From assembly GCA_964188305.1 (NCBI GenBank), contig OZ076892.1: 64,000 nt of DNA; one strand, given 5' to 3'. A program made the position numbers and the translations under genes. The notes under the pieces were generated by a model that saw nothing but the letters and a program-made list of their open reading frames with translations, did no database searches and was not told the DNA's origin. Of the stretch, positions 20,801 through 45,202 are shown in pieces; the first letter of the stretch is position 1; every line of letters starts with the position of its first letter. The DNA comes from Podarcis bocagei (Eukaryota).

Positions 20801-21889
20801 TTTGCAGGCACCGTAGGCGATACTGGCTGGCACATTAGCACCTGTGTGTGGCGTGTTGGCAACCTCTGCCCTAGTGAGTTACAGTGCCCTGAAGAATGGC
20901 CATTTAGCAGCCTAGCTTTTTAAAGAACTCTAAAATCTGTACTGAAACACTTCTTTATTTGAGCACCATCATCTGAATGTGCATATAATTTTTAATGTAG
21001 GCAGAAGTATTTTAGGGCAAATTAGAAGTTCAATAAAAATAGCCACATTATTAAAATTGTGCCGAGTAAGTAAAGCATAATGATAGCCACCGCCACCAGA
21101 AACATGGCCAAGTAGCAGCAGAGGTGGCACTGATCCTTCTAAAAGGAGCCAGATTTTTCTGAGGTCTAAAAAAACATATAGAAGGGCATTGGGGGAAATG
21201 CAATTGAATGATTATAGATAACTATGTTATTCTTAGGGTCATCTGCCTGGAACACATCCCAGAAGGTACCAGAAAAATGTAAATCTTGCCAGTGTAAATT
21301 TGGTGGCTTGAGACTAAGGGGGGTGAGGTTTTTAAAAGGTGTGTTTTGATATATTTTTAGATATTGGAAAATATACACGAAATGATTAACACATAGTAAT
21401 AATTACTAGGCTCACTTCCAGCTTTTATTGTAGCACCAGCAGTAACATGCAAGCACATCCTGGTGGTGAAACAGCACCCACCGACGTCAATGGGACTGTT
21501 TGCAAACAAGTGGATTAAGGCTTCCTGCCCCACAGCCAGGTATTTACAAGGCCTTGCCTAACATACTCTGAGATAGCAGAGTAAGATTAGACTGCCACCT
21601 CAAGACGCACAAGGCATCTCTCTTTGTTGAGACAAAACGTAGGCAACAGGAACTTCCTTGTCCTCACTTAAGACAGATGCCTACCACACACACCCTGGCG
21701 ATAGCAAGATCTATTGCAATGAGAATGCTGCCTTGGTTGGGTTACAAGTTTCCTGTGTGATTGAGGTGGGAGTTCCTGCTCTGCATGTAATGTTCCCATT
21801 TCAGTCCCTAAACATCTCCAGCTGAAACAATTCTCAAGGAACAGAGATCTTGAAGAGCCAGTGTTAAGCAGAGTAAACAATACTGTCCT

Positions 21890-22147
21890 CAGGGCCAGCC
21901 TAAGAGATCTAGCTGCCAGTGCCAGAAAGACAAAATAATGCATGCACACAGATGCACACCCCGAGCGGCATCTCAGCCTTACTTCAGTGCTGGTGATGGA
22001 ACAGCATTCTCCACTGCGACGGGTGAAACAGGCGGCCAGCTGAGGGGGTGCAAGGCGGATCACAAGGCACAAGCACACAGCGCTAGCCAACACTTCATTG
22101 CTGCTCCCTACCTCTTCAACACCTGCCTAACAGTAGAGCTGGCCCTG
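21890..22147. mobile_element. Old hAT-like MITE
   Basis: TIR CAGGGCCAGC / GCTGGCCCTG; TSD not recognisable. Confidence 0.5.
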
Positions 22148-22859
22148 ACTCAATGAGCAGGAGAAGTTAAGAAAAACCCCTTTCAAACCAAGGGTGTTAC
22201 ATGGGAATAGTATCTCCTACCCAAACCACCCACTCTGCTTCTCTATTACATAAAGCCCTTTTGTACATACAGTATTTGGATTCAGAGCCATTCAGCAGTT
22301 AGCCTCAGGAGGCTTTTTTGTGCCACAATAAGGGCTAGAACCTTTTAAAATTTAGTAGACAAAACCAATATTTTCTAGGGAGTTTGTCTTGTGGGTCACA
22401 TGTTGCACTCTAGAAATCAAAGATGGTAACTTGCAGTTTGTAGAATTCCAGTGTTGCAATAGGTATTTGGGCCTGGACTGGGAATATCTGTGATCAAATG
22501 CTAGTTCACAAATGAAGCCCACAGGTGGCCTTAGGTGAGTTTCTCTTTCCCCTGCTGCTCATCGTGTAGGAAAGTCACCTATAAGCTAATCTGCAACCCT
22601 CCAGATGTTACTGAACTGCAACTTCCATCAGCCCCAGCCAGCATGGCCAATGGTTGGGGGTGATGGGATATGTAGTTCAGCAACATCTGGAGGGTCACAT
22701 ACCAGCCGCCCCTGGCCTATGAGCTATTGCACAGGCTTGTTATTCATCTAAACCAAGAGGCGTACACAGTGCTTTAAACACTTAACAACTGTAGGAGAAA
22801 CTGACACATCTTGACAACACTGAAGAAACAACAAGGTGAGGCACAGATGGTTGCGTTTG

Positions 22860-22865
22860 TTTAAT
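22860..22865 (-). terminator. Candidate LYPLA2 polyadenylation signal (ATTAAA)
   Basis: Minus-strand ATTAAA preceded by a U-rich tract and followed ~30 nt later by GU-rich ttgttgtttcttcagtgttg. Confidence 0.35.
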
Positions 22866-23150
22866 CTCAGTGGAACACAAAAATAAAAATGATGTATGGG
22901 GAAGACAAAAGGGAAAGGGGGGTTGGGGAAGAGAATTAATTCATGTGCAGGAACATACAGAAGCCACTGTTTTGCTTTGGCTTCCATATTCTTAACACAG
23001 TCCCTCCAGAGACACCCAAGACTTGCAGGCCACTTTGCTTTGAGAAGGATCTAGTCAAAATTGGCAGTGGCAACAGCAGCAGAGTCCAGGGCACTTCTCT
23101 GTGTAACTCCTATACAGAACACTCCAATTAATGGTCAGAGAAGAGGAGAG

Positions 23151-23177
23151 AGCAGCAGCAGCAGCAGCAGCAGCAGC
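23151..23177. repeat. (AGC)9 trinucleotide repeat
   Basis: Direct reading. Confidence 0.95.
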
Positions 23178-23309
23178 CAGGCAGCCACAAGCACAGGAGG
23201 AGCATCGCCCCTCATGTCTGCTTGCCTACGCTCACCATAGAGAAGGAAGCCAAGGCCTGGTCTGCAGATGGAGCAAAATGCAGAAGGAAAAGGACTGTCA
23301 CCACAACAC

Positions 23310-23531
23310 TTAGAATCATAGAGTTGGAAGAGACCACAAGGGCCATCGAGTCCAACCCCCTGCCAAGCAGGAAACACCATCAGAGCACTCCTGACATATG
23401 GTTGTCAAGCCTCTGCTTAAAGACCTCCAAAGAAGGAGACTCCACCACACTCCTTGGCAGCAAATTCCACTGTCGAACAGCTCTTACTGTCAGGAAGTTC
23501 TTCCTAATGTTTAGGTGGAATCTTCTTTCTT
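23310..23531 (-). mobile_element. CR1 LINE 3' end
   Basis: tagaatcatagagttggaagagacc...tccaacccc...gtcaggaagttcttcctaatgtt, the typical CR1 3'UTR in antisense. Confidence 0.8.
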
Positions 23532-23732
23532 GTGGTTTGTGCCTTCCTTGTGAAGGCTGAAGTGGTGGTGGGATAACATGCCTAAATACTCCCTACGTAA
23601 AAAAGCAGCATACAACACGCACAAAGGTCCCTGCAGGTAGAAATCCAGCAGATCTGTTTGATGTGTTGCTACTTACAGGGATTTGAGTTTTACGTCAGGG
23701 AGCATTCAAGAACAGTGCACACAAAACCCACC

Positions 23733-24622
23733 CAGTGGCGTAGCGTGGGTTGTCAGCACCCGGGGCAAGGCAATTAATTTGCGCCCCCTAACCCGTGGAT
23801 TTGCGCCCCCTAACCCTAACCCCCAGATGTTGCACCCGGTGCAGCCGGCCCCCCCTGCACCCCCCATGCTACGCCACTGGCGAGCGCCTCCTAAGCATGT
23901 GCAGAGCGCCTCCCTCCGCCTCCCGCCACGCGGAGCTCAGCCTGTGCGTGGGCAGGCCCTTTGCGTCACGCGCGCTTGGCAATCCCCGGCACCTCTCCTC
24001 TCCTCTCTCTCTCCCTGGAGAAATGAAGCAGTGACCCGACAAGGAGTAGCGAAGGATGGGCGTGTTTCGTCCCTGATCCGGATGAGATCAAGGCGCCGGC
24101 AACGGGAAGGAGGCGGGGGAGAAGCAGGAGCAGGCCAGCCGTGGCTGCTCCAGACCCCCCCCCCCATCTCTACCATCGCCGCTGGAGGGGTCATGGAGGC
24201 ACTGAGCCCGGGAGGCGGGTAGCCAGCCAGGGCGCACCTACCCAACCTCGCCGCGCCCAGGCGCGCTGCTCTCTCCAGCTTCCTCCCGGCTGGGCCAGCG
24301 GCTCCACCTCTTCCTTTGCTTCTTTGAGCTGCTTAATTCCCAGCAAGCGATTAGCAGGCTCGGATCAGATCCTGCGGAAGGCGGCGCCTCCACCTCCTCC
24401 CGGCTTTGCTGCTGCTGCTGCACGGCTCTTTTCCCTCCACCGACGGCGCGCTGCGCCTTGGAGAGGTTCCCGCTTCCTCGAGGGGGGCCGGCCAAACGGA
24501 GACGACGACCCCCCACCGCAAACAAGCCTCAATTGCTTGTCCCTTCCCTCTGGACTCATGCCCCCCCAGATGTTGCGCCCGGTGCGGCCGGCACCCCTGG
24601 CACCCCCCACGCTACGCCACTG
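23733..24622. mobile_element. hAT-type non-autonomous composite element with GC-rich cargo
   Basis: 17-bp TIR CAGTGGCGTAGCGTGGG; exact 8-bp TSD AACCCACC (23725-23732, 24623-24630); extra internal right end finishing at 23879. Confidence 0.88.
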
Positions 24623-26981
24623 AACCCACCTTGCAATTGTGAAGTTGTACAGTCCTCTACTACCTTGGGATTCTACCACTTCATTCTGCTGCATGTCCAA
24701 GACCAGCCACAGTCCTCCCAACCACTAGAACGTCCAAACCCAAAGCAGAATATCGGAGGATTCAAACCCTCCACAGAGCAAGCAAGAGGCAGCTTTGCCA
24801 TTTAAGCAGTCACTCAAAATGAGTCTAATGCAGATCAGTTTATGAAAGGATTAGTGCTTTCTGCTTCTCTGGTGATAAAAAGAGGCCATACAGAATATTC
24901 CGGCCCATTACAAACAAATCTCTCCAACCATTCCTGCTGTTTCTGTGAATGTGAGCTGTTCCGGCACCAAGCCATGTAATCTGGCCCTATTTCCAGTGAG
25001 ATCTGGGAAGCCCCTGCGACCTGGAGGACGACCCAGCAAGTTGCCAGCTGCTAAAAAGGAAAGTCCCTCAAGTGGGAGGCGTTCCGCTTGGCAGTGAAGG
25101 CACTTTGCCTTCTAGAGAAGCCAAGTTTGGCCTTGGCCAAATGATCCCCAAGGCTGGCAAAAAGCAGATTTTGGGGGAAGCAGCGGCTGCTCAGGGCAGA
25201 GGAGGAAGCCTTGCACTGAAAGCAGGAAGGGGAGCAACATCTCCTTTGGGGCTGCCATTGTGATGCAAGCTCTAGAAGAGCAGGCCATGTATTCCTACAT
25301 GGATATGCTGAGATCCCCCTTTGCTGCACACAGCTGTATAAAGCACTGGAAAGTGTAGAAGTGTAGCAGAGGGAGGGCTGTCCTAGCTTTGGGGGACCCC
25401 AAGCCCCTCCCTTGCTGTTGCTGCTACCAACCACCGAGGACCATACAGAGCCAGGGGAAGGAAGTGAGCAGAGAGATCACTCACAAAGAGCAACACAGTA
25501 GGACAATGTGGTAGGCAACATTTAGCCCTTCACACAAAAAGAAGAGGAAAGCTCCTTGAAGAGACATCTTGTCCCTGGCTGTCAGTGCTGGTGTCAGCCC
25601 ACGCCGGTGGATAATTTGGGTGTGGATGCTGAAGGGGTGATGGTAAGAGAACCTTGGCTGCTCAACAGCACAGCCCCCTTGCCAGAAATGAGGATGAGAG
25701 CCTTCTGCTTGAGGTGAAAGGGGACAGTTACTGAAATAAAACAGACTAGAGACTTAGGGGAGAGCCTCAAAAAATACGCCAGCCACCAGGGCTAGAAGGG
25801 AGAGAGGGGGACCGTGCTTGCCCATTCCACTAACAAGACCAGCAGGGTGGGGAGTGATAAGAGGGAGACTGCACCCCATAGACAAAAAGGCCGCTTGCAG
25901 CTACTCGATACAGACTGGATAGGAAGTGGAGGAGTGGTGCTTCTGAGAGCTGCGGTGCCCAAAAGGCTGCAGAGAGCTTGCTGCGTGTCTACCTTCTGGA
26001 CAAACGCTACCCTATCTGTGTAGGTACAAAACAAGATAGACCCAATGGAGGAGACCACAACAGAGATGATTTTGAAAGAAACAAACAAAGGATTTTTTAA
26101 AAGAACATACATTAGAAGCAATTCCTGGTGAGGTGGGGGGGCCCTCCACCACATTAACGCCCCAACTGATGGTATCTCCAGCCCAAGCTGGGAGTTGTTA
26201 GCACACTGAATGGTGCATGTGGCTGACTGGGGAGGAGCAGCCCCAGGACATGCTTGGAGGATGTACAGCAACCCGTCAGCCAGCCAGACCTTCCTCGTTT
26301 TGCCTGGCAGAGTGGATGGGATGGCAGAATAGGGATGGAATGATTGCCTGGGTGGGGCAGTTTACCTGCCTCCCCTGCCCCCAAAAAGCCAAGCACTGGC
26401 AACTCGAGAGGGGGCCCCTGACCCTACCTGCACCTCTAAGGTGGTTCCACCAGGACAGGCTCAGGCTCTGCATCACAGAAAAGGGGGGGCACAGGGACTG
26501 TGGGTGGGATTGTTGCAAACCCATCAGGGAGCTCAGATACCTTTGCAGATGCTCCCTGCAAATACTCTAACAGCGCAGAACACAGTCTCGTAATACCTTT
26601 GTTTTAAGCCTTTGGCTACCACCCAGTTCATTGCCACAGCAAGCATTTGTGTGGGGTTGGGGAAGGGGGGAGAGATAGCAAAGAAAGGCGGAAATCAGAT
26701 GACCAAAAATACTAAATTTGCAAGGAGGCAGCCACATGGTTCTCAGCTGTACCTTAAAACCGCTCCGTGCCTTCACTCCATGTACAGGAGAGAGAGGGGC
26801 AACCCTCCCTATGCACAGGAGGGGGGCGGTGCAGGAGGAAGGGAAAGGCCAGAGAAAGGAAACCGGCTGAAGTGGAGGTGGATTGCTGTGGCTCCCCATT
26901 TGCAGCTGGGCAGGTCAAGGTTAAAGATCACAGGTGGTGACCTCTGTCTCCTCTCCCTGCAACAGTCTCGAGTAGCTTTGT

Positions 26982-39248
<12,267 letters not shown>

Positions 39249-40914
39249 TCACAGCTCACGGCTGAAAGACACAGAGATAGAGAAACACACACACATTTAT
39301 TATATGCATAGCACTTTTAATTTAAGAGCCACTCTGCAATGCTTAATCTTGTTGGACCTTACAACTATGCGAAGAGCTAGGTCACTTTTATAACCAGGCA
39401 GGGTACAGAATCAAAAGGGGTGTGAAAACCTCTCTTCAAATGTGTGCATGATGTACAAGTTCCCATTCTGAAGCCCATCAGGTTTCATCTCTTTCCCTGT
39501 CCTACATAAGGGCTAGAAGCTTGCTCCTGGGTTAAAACTGAAAACCAAGATTTTCAGAGCAAAGGTTGCAACCCAGAAACCTTGGGCTTCAGACCAGCAC
39601 CCAAGACCAAAAGCCACAAACAACTAGCTCTCAAGGTGGAATATCCACCTGGAAAACCTGGATCAGCTAGTTCCAGCAGTTGACAGTGGCAAAGAGAATA
39701 TTCCATCTCTAGGCAAAGCAAAAATCCAGTCTGGTTTCCAAGGAGACTTTACATTTGCTTAAAAAGTTCATCTGGGAAAGTTTCCGGTAGATATGAACTA
39801 ACAAAAAGAAGGCTGCATACAGGCCAGGTGCAAAAAGACTAACATACACAACGTTTAAAAGCCTTGAATACTTTAAACTCCAACCTATCTCAGGCCATGG
39901 ATCTCTTCTTTAGACCATTATTTAATATAAAATGTGAAACACAAAGAGCTGCCTGAAATGTGACCTACAAACATTCCTCTGAAGGACACATGCGAGGATT
40001 CAGATTATTAATACCTCTGAAAACATTTCTGTACCCTTTTATAGTTGTCCTCTAGTAGACACACGTCAATGAATTACAGAGTTGAGGTCTGTAACAGATT
40101 ATCTAGTCAGCAAAATCCTATCCTATACTGAAACAACCATGAGGGTTTGTCCCCGAGTATTTAATCACAAGGTACTTTCCCACAAATTAAGTATGAACCC
40201 GTTTAATGTAGAAATATAAGAGTAAGAAGTGCTACATTCATAAAAGGCAGAATTCAAAACCAGGATGCAACTAGAGGAATATACCGTAGGCACAAAATAA
40301 TATGTATATGTGTGTGTGAACACATTTCGAACAGGCTAATAATTGGCTACAACATGGTAGCTGAGCTCCCACTCTGTATTTCCCAACTCTGAGGGTTTTC
40401 AAAGCAACCGTGACTTGTTTTTCAAATGCTGCTTATCTGTTATATTCAGTGATATGGTTTGATAAGGGTTCCCTGTAACATCCTGCCAAAGGCCTTGGGA
40501 GGCACAGCTTAAGGACAGAGTGGGAGTCAGTGGCTTTTACAAAACTGCAGCATAAAGACCCTGATATTAAGCCTGGGATTTCTCATCCCAGCAAACCCCT
40601 CCTGCAACCAAAAAGCTGAAGGCTTAAAAGTAGTTTTTGTTACTTCAATGCCACCAGTAAAGGACAAGGCTATTTATATAACCACTGATAACAGTGCAAG
40701 GGCATAAAGATTCAAGAGTCTGTGCTGCCTCGGCTGCTACTGGAGATGTACTGATGCAGCCAATACCATGAAAAACAAGAGCTATGCCCGATGGCTGCCC
40801 ACTTGGGTGTAACTATGACCACAAAAGCCAGGAAGGTATCAAGCCATTGCCACACTGCCAGTACATCTGGAAGCCTATTATTAACCTAATCACGCAGTGC
40901 AAATCATCATACTA

Positions 40915-41909
40915 CAGTGGTACCTCAGGTTACATACGCTTCAGGTTACATACACTTCAGGTTACAGACTCCACTAACCCAGAAATAGTGCTTCAGGTTA
41001 ACAACTTTGCTTCAGGATGAGAACAGAAATCGTGCTCCGGCAGCGCAGCAGCAGCAGGAGGCCCCATTAGCTAAAGTGGTGGTTCAGGTTATGAACAGTT
41101 TCAGGTTAAGAATGGACCTCCGGAACGAATTAAGTACCGTATTTTTTGCACCATAACACTCACTTTTTTCCTCCTAGAAAGTAAGGGGAAATGTCTGTGC
41201 GTGTTATGGAGCGAATGCCTGCGGGTGTCGGGGGGGATCTGCTGCAGTCGTGAGCAGAGGATCTATGGTTCCCCTTCCTTCCCTCCTCCGTGGCTCACTT
41301 TGAAACAGCAAAGCGGGAGAAGAGCCGCTGAGTGGGGAGGAGAGAGGGACAGAGAGCCTGCTTCTTTAAAGGAGCAAAGCTCCTTCTTTAAAGGAGTAAG
41401 CGGCTCCTGTCCGGTTGGTTCCTTTAAAGCAAGCAGGCTCTCTGTCCCTCTCTCCTCCCCACTCAGCTCGCTACATAGCAGCAAAGTTTTTCAGCTCGCT
41501 AAACCGGGGAGGAGGGAGAAAAGCAGAGCCTGCTTGCTTTAAAGGAGCAAAATGGGAGAGGAGAGGAGCCTTCTCCCCTTATACCCCTCTTCTTCATTAT
41601 TAGCAGCATCCTTCTCCACCCACCCCACACGTGCTCCTTGTCCCTTGAGTGCTTTTCCTTCCCTCCCCACTTAAAACGTGGTTACAAAGCACGGATCCAC
41701 ATGGATCCTCAGGATTTTTGCATTGGGCTACTCCAAACTCACTGTCAGATCACATGTCTGTGGCCACAGCATGAACCACAAAAATCATACATCCACTGTT
41801 TCGTTTAGAATATTTTTTTTCTTGTTCTCCTCATCTAAAAACTGTGTGTGTTATGGTCGGGTGCGTGTTATAGAGCGAAAAATATGGTACTTAACCCGAG
41901 GTACCACTG
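40915..41909. mobile_element. CAGTGGTACCTC MITE interrupted by a nested CCGTA element
   Basis: MITE sequence breaks at gaattaagTA (41136) and resumes as TActtaacccgaggtaccactg (41888-41909). Confidence 0.85.
41137..41887. mobile_element. Non-autonomous TA-targeting DNA transposon (CCGTATTTTT TIR), 751 bp
   Basis: TIRs ccgtattttt / aaaaatatgg, duplicated TA; termini homologous to the 57572-58874 copy in opposite orientation. Confidence 0.85.
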
Positions 41910-42329
41910 TATAACTCAACTGCCACCACATCACCTAAAAGCCCACATCAGTGTTACAGCCAAAAGCAACGGCAAGTTGAATGCTATGGTTACCCACAAA
42001 AACTTAGAGCAGAGGCTAAGAATACAATCCAGAATCTGATCTTCTATTTAAAATAAACACAAAGTTTCTAGCCTCCTGTGACTGTAGCTATGCAAAGAAA
42101 CTTGCGCAAAAAGATTAGGAAGGAAGCTGGAATGAGAATTCCAAAAGGTCAGGACAAGAGTAATTCACTAATTACTGCACTTATCAGCCACACTCCAGTT
42201 TCTTAGCCCATGCTCCCTTGTCTTTGTTGTGAGCCCATCCCTTGCTTCCCTGAAATTAACACAAACAACAGAGATGTTCCCCATCAACAACACCAAACAC
42301 CCACCCACCCAATGGCAGCTCAGCAGACA

Positions 42330-42660
42330 CTGGCCCATGGCAGGACATATTTAGTGGTGGTCCCCTGTTTGTGGAATGCTCTCCCTAGTGAGGTACATCT
42401 GTCTCCATCATTATTAATTTTCAGGAGGAATACTATAACATTCCTTGTTTACCCAGGCATTTGGTGGCATGAACACTGCTCTTGGCAACCCTGAGATCAC
42501 TGGAATGAATGAATGGTTTTAACTGTAACTTTTAGAATGCTTAAACTGTAACTGCTCTTAGAAGGTTTTAACTGTTTTAGAAGGGTTTTGTTTTTTAAAC
42601 TGTAGATCTGTTTGCCACCCCGGGAGGGATATAAATTCAAATAATAATAATAATAATAAT
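42330..42660 (+). mobile_element. L2-like LINE 3' fragment with (AAT)n tail
   Basis: tgtggaatgctctccct motif; ends in an (aat)n microsatellite. Confidence 0.5.
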
Positions 42661-43229
42661 GGTAACAATAAATGTATCCCACTTGAAGGATTTTGGCTAT
42701 TAAAGCACAGAATCTTTAGAGGTCCAGCTCAAGCGGTCTTCCATCTCTATTGCAATAGGGTACCAGTTGCTTGAATAACATGAAGCAGCTAGCTCTGCTT
42801 GTTTCCCCCCCTCATCAAACAACTGTTATTTGATTATGTCACAGTGTGGTGTGGACTGGACAGGGCGGTATGGAGAGGGGTCCACAGTTATCTTTGTGAA
42901 GGGAGGATGAGAGAGAAAGGTGGACCAGATGACCCTCAAATCATTCACACCCTGATTCAAGTCCTGAGCATCCTCACCAAGCTAGATATCAACAATACAT
43001 AGGAACCAAGTCTTCTTCGCATTGCTATATTTCCTGCAACTTATTTCTTATCTGGATGAAGCTGATCTTTCATAGGTCCATCAGTTTTTTACCTCCCCAC
43101 TGAAAATGCCATCTTGAGCTATTCGTGCAATCAAGTTGAATGGTTCAGATAAGGCCATTTGCCAAGAGTCCAGACACAGACTGATCCACTGCATTCCACA
43201 CATGAATTCTTGAACAGTAACCTGCCCAC

Positions 43230-45202
43230 AATTTTTTCCTTGAATGAAATTATTATTATTAATAATATTATTATTATTACAAAATGCAATAAAATAGCTT
43301 CTACAAAAAATACAAATCAAGTAATTAGACTACAGAGTTCTCTCTTCTTAGCCCTTATCACCCACAGAGGACAACTAAGCACCCTGGGAGACCGACATTT
43401 CCCTATCTCTCACCCAGGGTTCTCCATCCACCATCTACCACTCCCATAAGTATACAATCTCTGGACCTTAATAAAGGCCCCAGACATAAGACTCCAAAGA
43501 AAGAAGAAAATCAAAAGAGAGAAACAAAAAGAGAAAGGAACAATAAGAAGAGAGAAGGGCGGGGGAGACAAAAGAAGAAACATTAGAGAAAGATACAAAA
43601 AGAAAACTTCTGATTTTTCACCTGCAGGTTACATAAAAAAGGGAAAAAGGATTATTTCAAACATTCAGTCCACACCAACATCCATCTTCTCCACTTTCTG
43701 TTAAACAATATTTCTTTTATGTCAAGGTGCCTCTTTTTCTCATGAAAACTCCAAGATTGGTTCTCTAATTGTTATTGCTATTGATAAATGTCAACCATAT
43801 TTTTTCTTTTGCCATTACCCCCATTAATTCCCACCACCATTACTCCATATTGAGTGATAGTAAATTCTTCTGCCCATGCCCATTTTCATTTTTTCCAGTG
43901 TTTTTCCACAGAGAATACCATAACTTTAGCAGCATAATTTTCTTAATTCACTTCAGATTGTATGCAGAATACTTTCTCTCTACTAGAACTGAAGCAAGGC
44001 TAGGACTGAAGTTTTCTTAAAGTTTTTTTTCGCCCCTCAACTTCATCAATACCATATGCAGATAATTTTGAATAATAATAATAATTTATACTTCGCCCAT
44101 CTGGCTGAGTTTCCCCAGCCACTCTGGGCAGCTTCCAATCAAGTGTTAAAAACAATACAGCATTAAATATTAAAAACTTAAGATAGCCGCTTATTTCCTT
44201 CACATCTGAAGGGAGGGCGTTCCACAGGGCGGGCGCCACTACCGAGAAGGCCCTCTGTTGGGTTCCCTGTAACCTCACTTTTATTTTCTCCTTCTCATCC
44301 AAATCAACAAATGGAATTCATTTCCACTTCAGCATCACCATCTGCTTAACTATTTCATGATCCAGTCCTCCCAACTTTTCATCTATTTAGTCTGAAGCCT
44401 CTGAGTATTCCCCTTCTCCATTCTGATCTGATCATTTGAAATTATTCAGTCATCAACTGTTGAACTACACCAACAGTCACTGGAAGATCCAAAAGTGCCT
44501 TTACCATAATGGACGCTTTTGATGTTCTGGATATTATTAGCAACTCAGTCTAGCTTAATATTTCCACCTTAAAATCACAGCTGCAACGTGTCTTATCTCA
44601 TATTAACTTCTAACCCACAGCTGGCAATGGCCACTTTACTTTCAGTTTTTTCAGTTGTTTAGTGGTAGGAAAAGAGAAAAAGGGTTAAAGATTTTTCACA
44701 CAGAGGTTCCCCTTGTCCATTTAATCATTATTGTCAACCATAAATCTGGAATTTTGCTCTGCCGTAGACACTCTGCCTTAGACAACAATCCGTTTTCCTT
44801 TCTGTTTTCCTTAATGACGGAAGGTGTTACTTACAGATTTTCAGATTGTAGATTTTCACCAGCTGGTGGAGGGAATTTTTGTTACAGTTTTCCTTGTCCC
44901 AGAAGTGTTTTAAAAAGAGAGGGTGTGGCTCTTTCTTACCTGTGAAAATTGATTACGTGGAGTTTGGGCACGATGGCAACTCGTCAGTTTCCCAGCTCGT
45001 TATAACTCCCGTCCAAGCCACCAGGCATATAAAAACAGTCTCGAACAAAGCATTTGAGGTCAACTCCCAGATCACCCTTATCTGCATAATGATTAATAGT
45101 CAGACTATCTGTCTATTATCAATTACTACATACCGTAATTATCTTCTGTAAGCAGGAGCTAACAGAGAGGCAGCCAAACCACCATTCCTCTCCCCGGAAG
45201 TC
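43230..45202 (-). mobile_element. Degraded L1-like 5' portion, interrupted by an L2-like 3' end (~44070-44280)
   Basis: Minus strand starts ggacttccgggg and is A-rich with decayed ORF1-like sequence; (AAT)n plus cgcccatctggctg...ccactctggg L2-type tail inside. Confidence 0.45.

Noticed and set aside
23683-24805. Several overlapping 100-180 aa ORFs
   Set aside because: Expected from stop-poor GC-rich transposon cargo; they occur on both strands with low-complexity translations and no transposase motifs.
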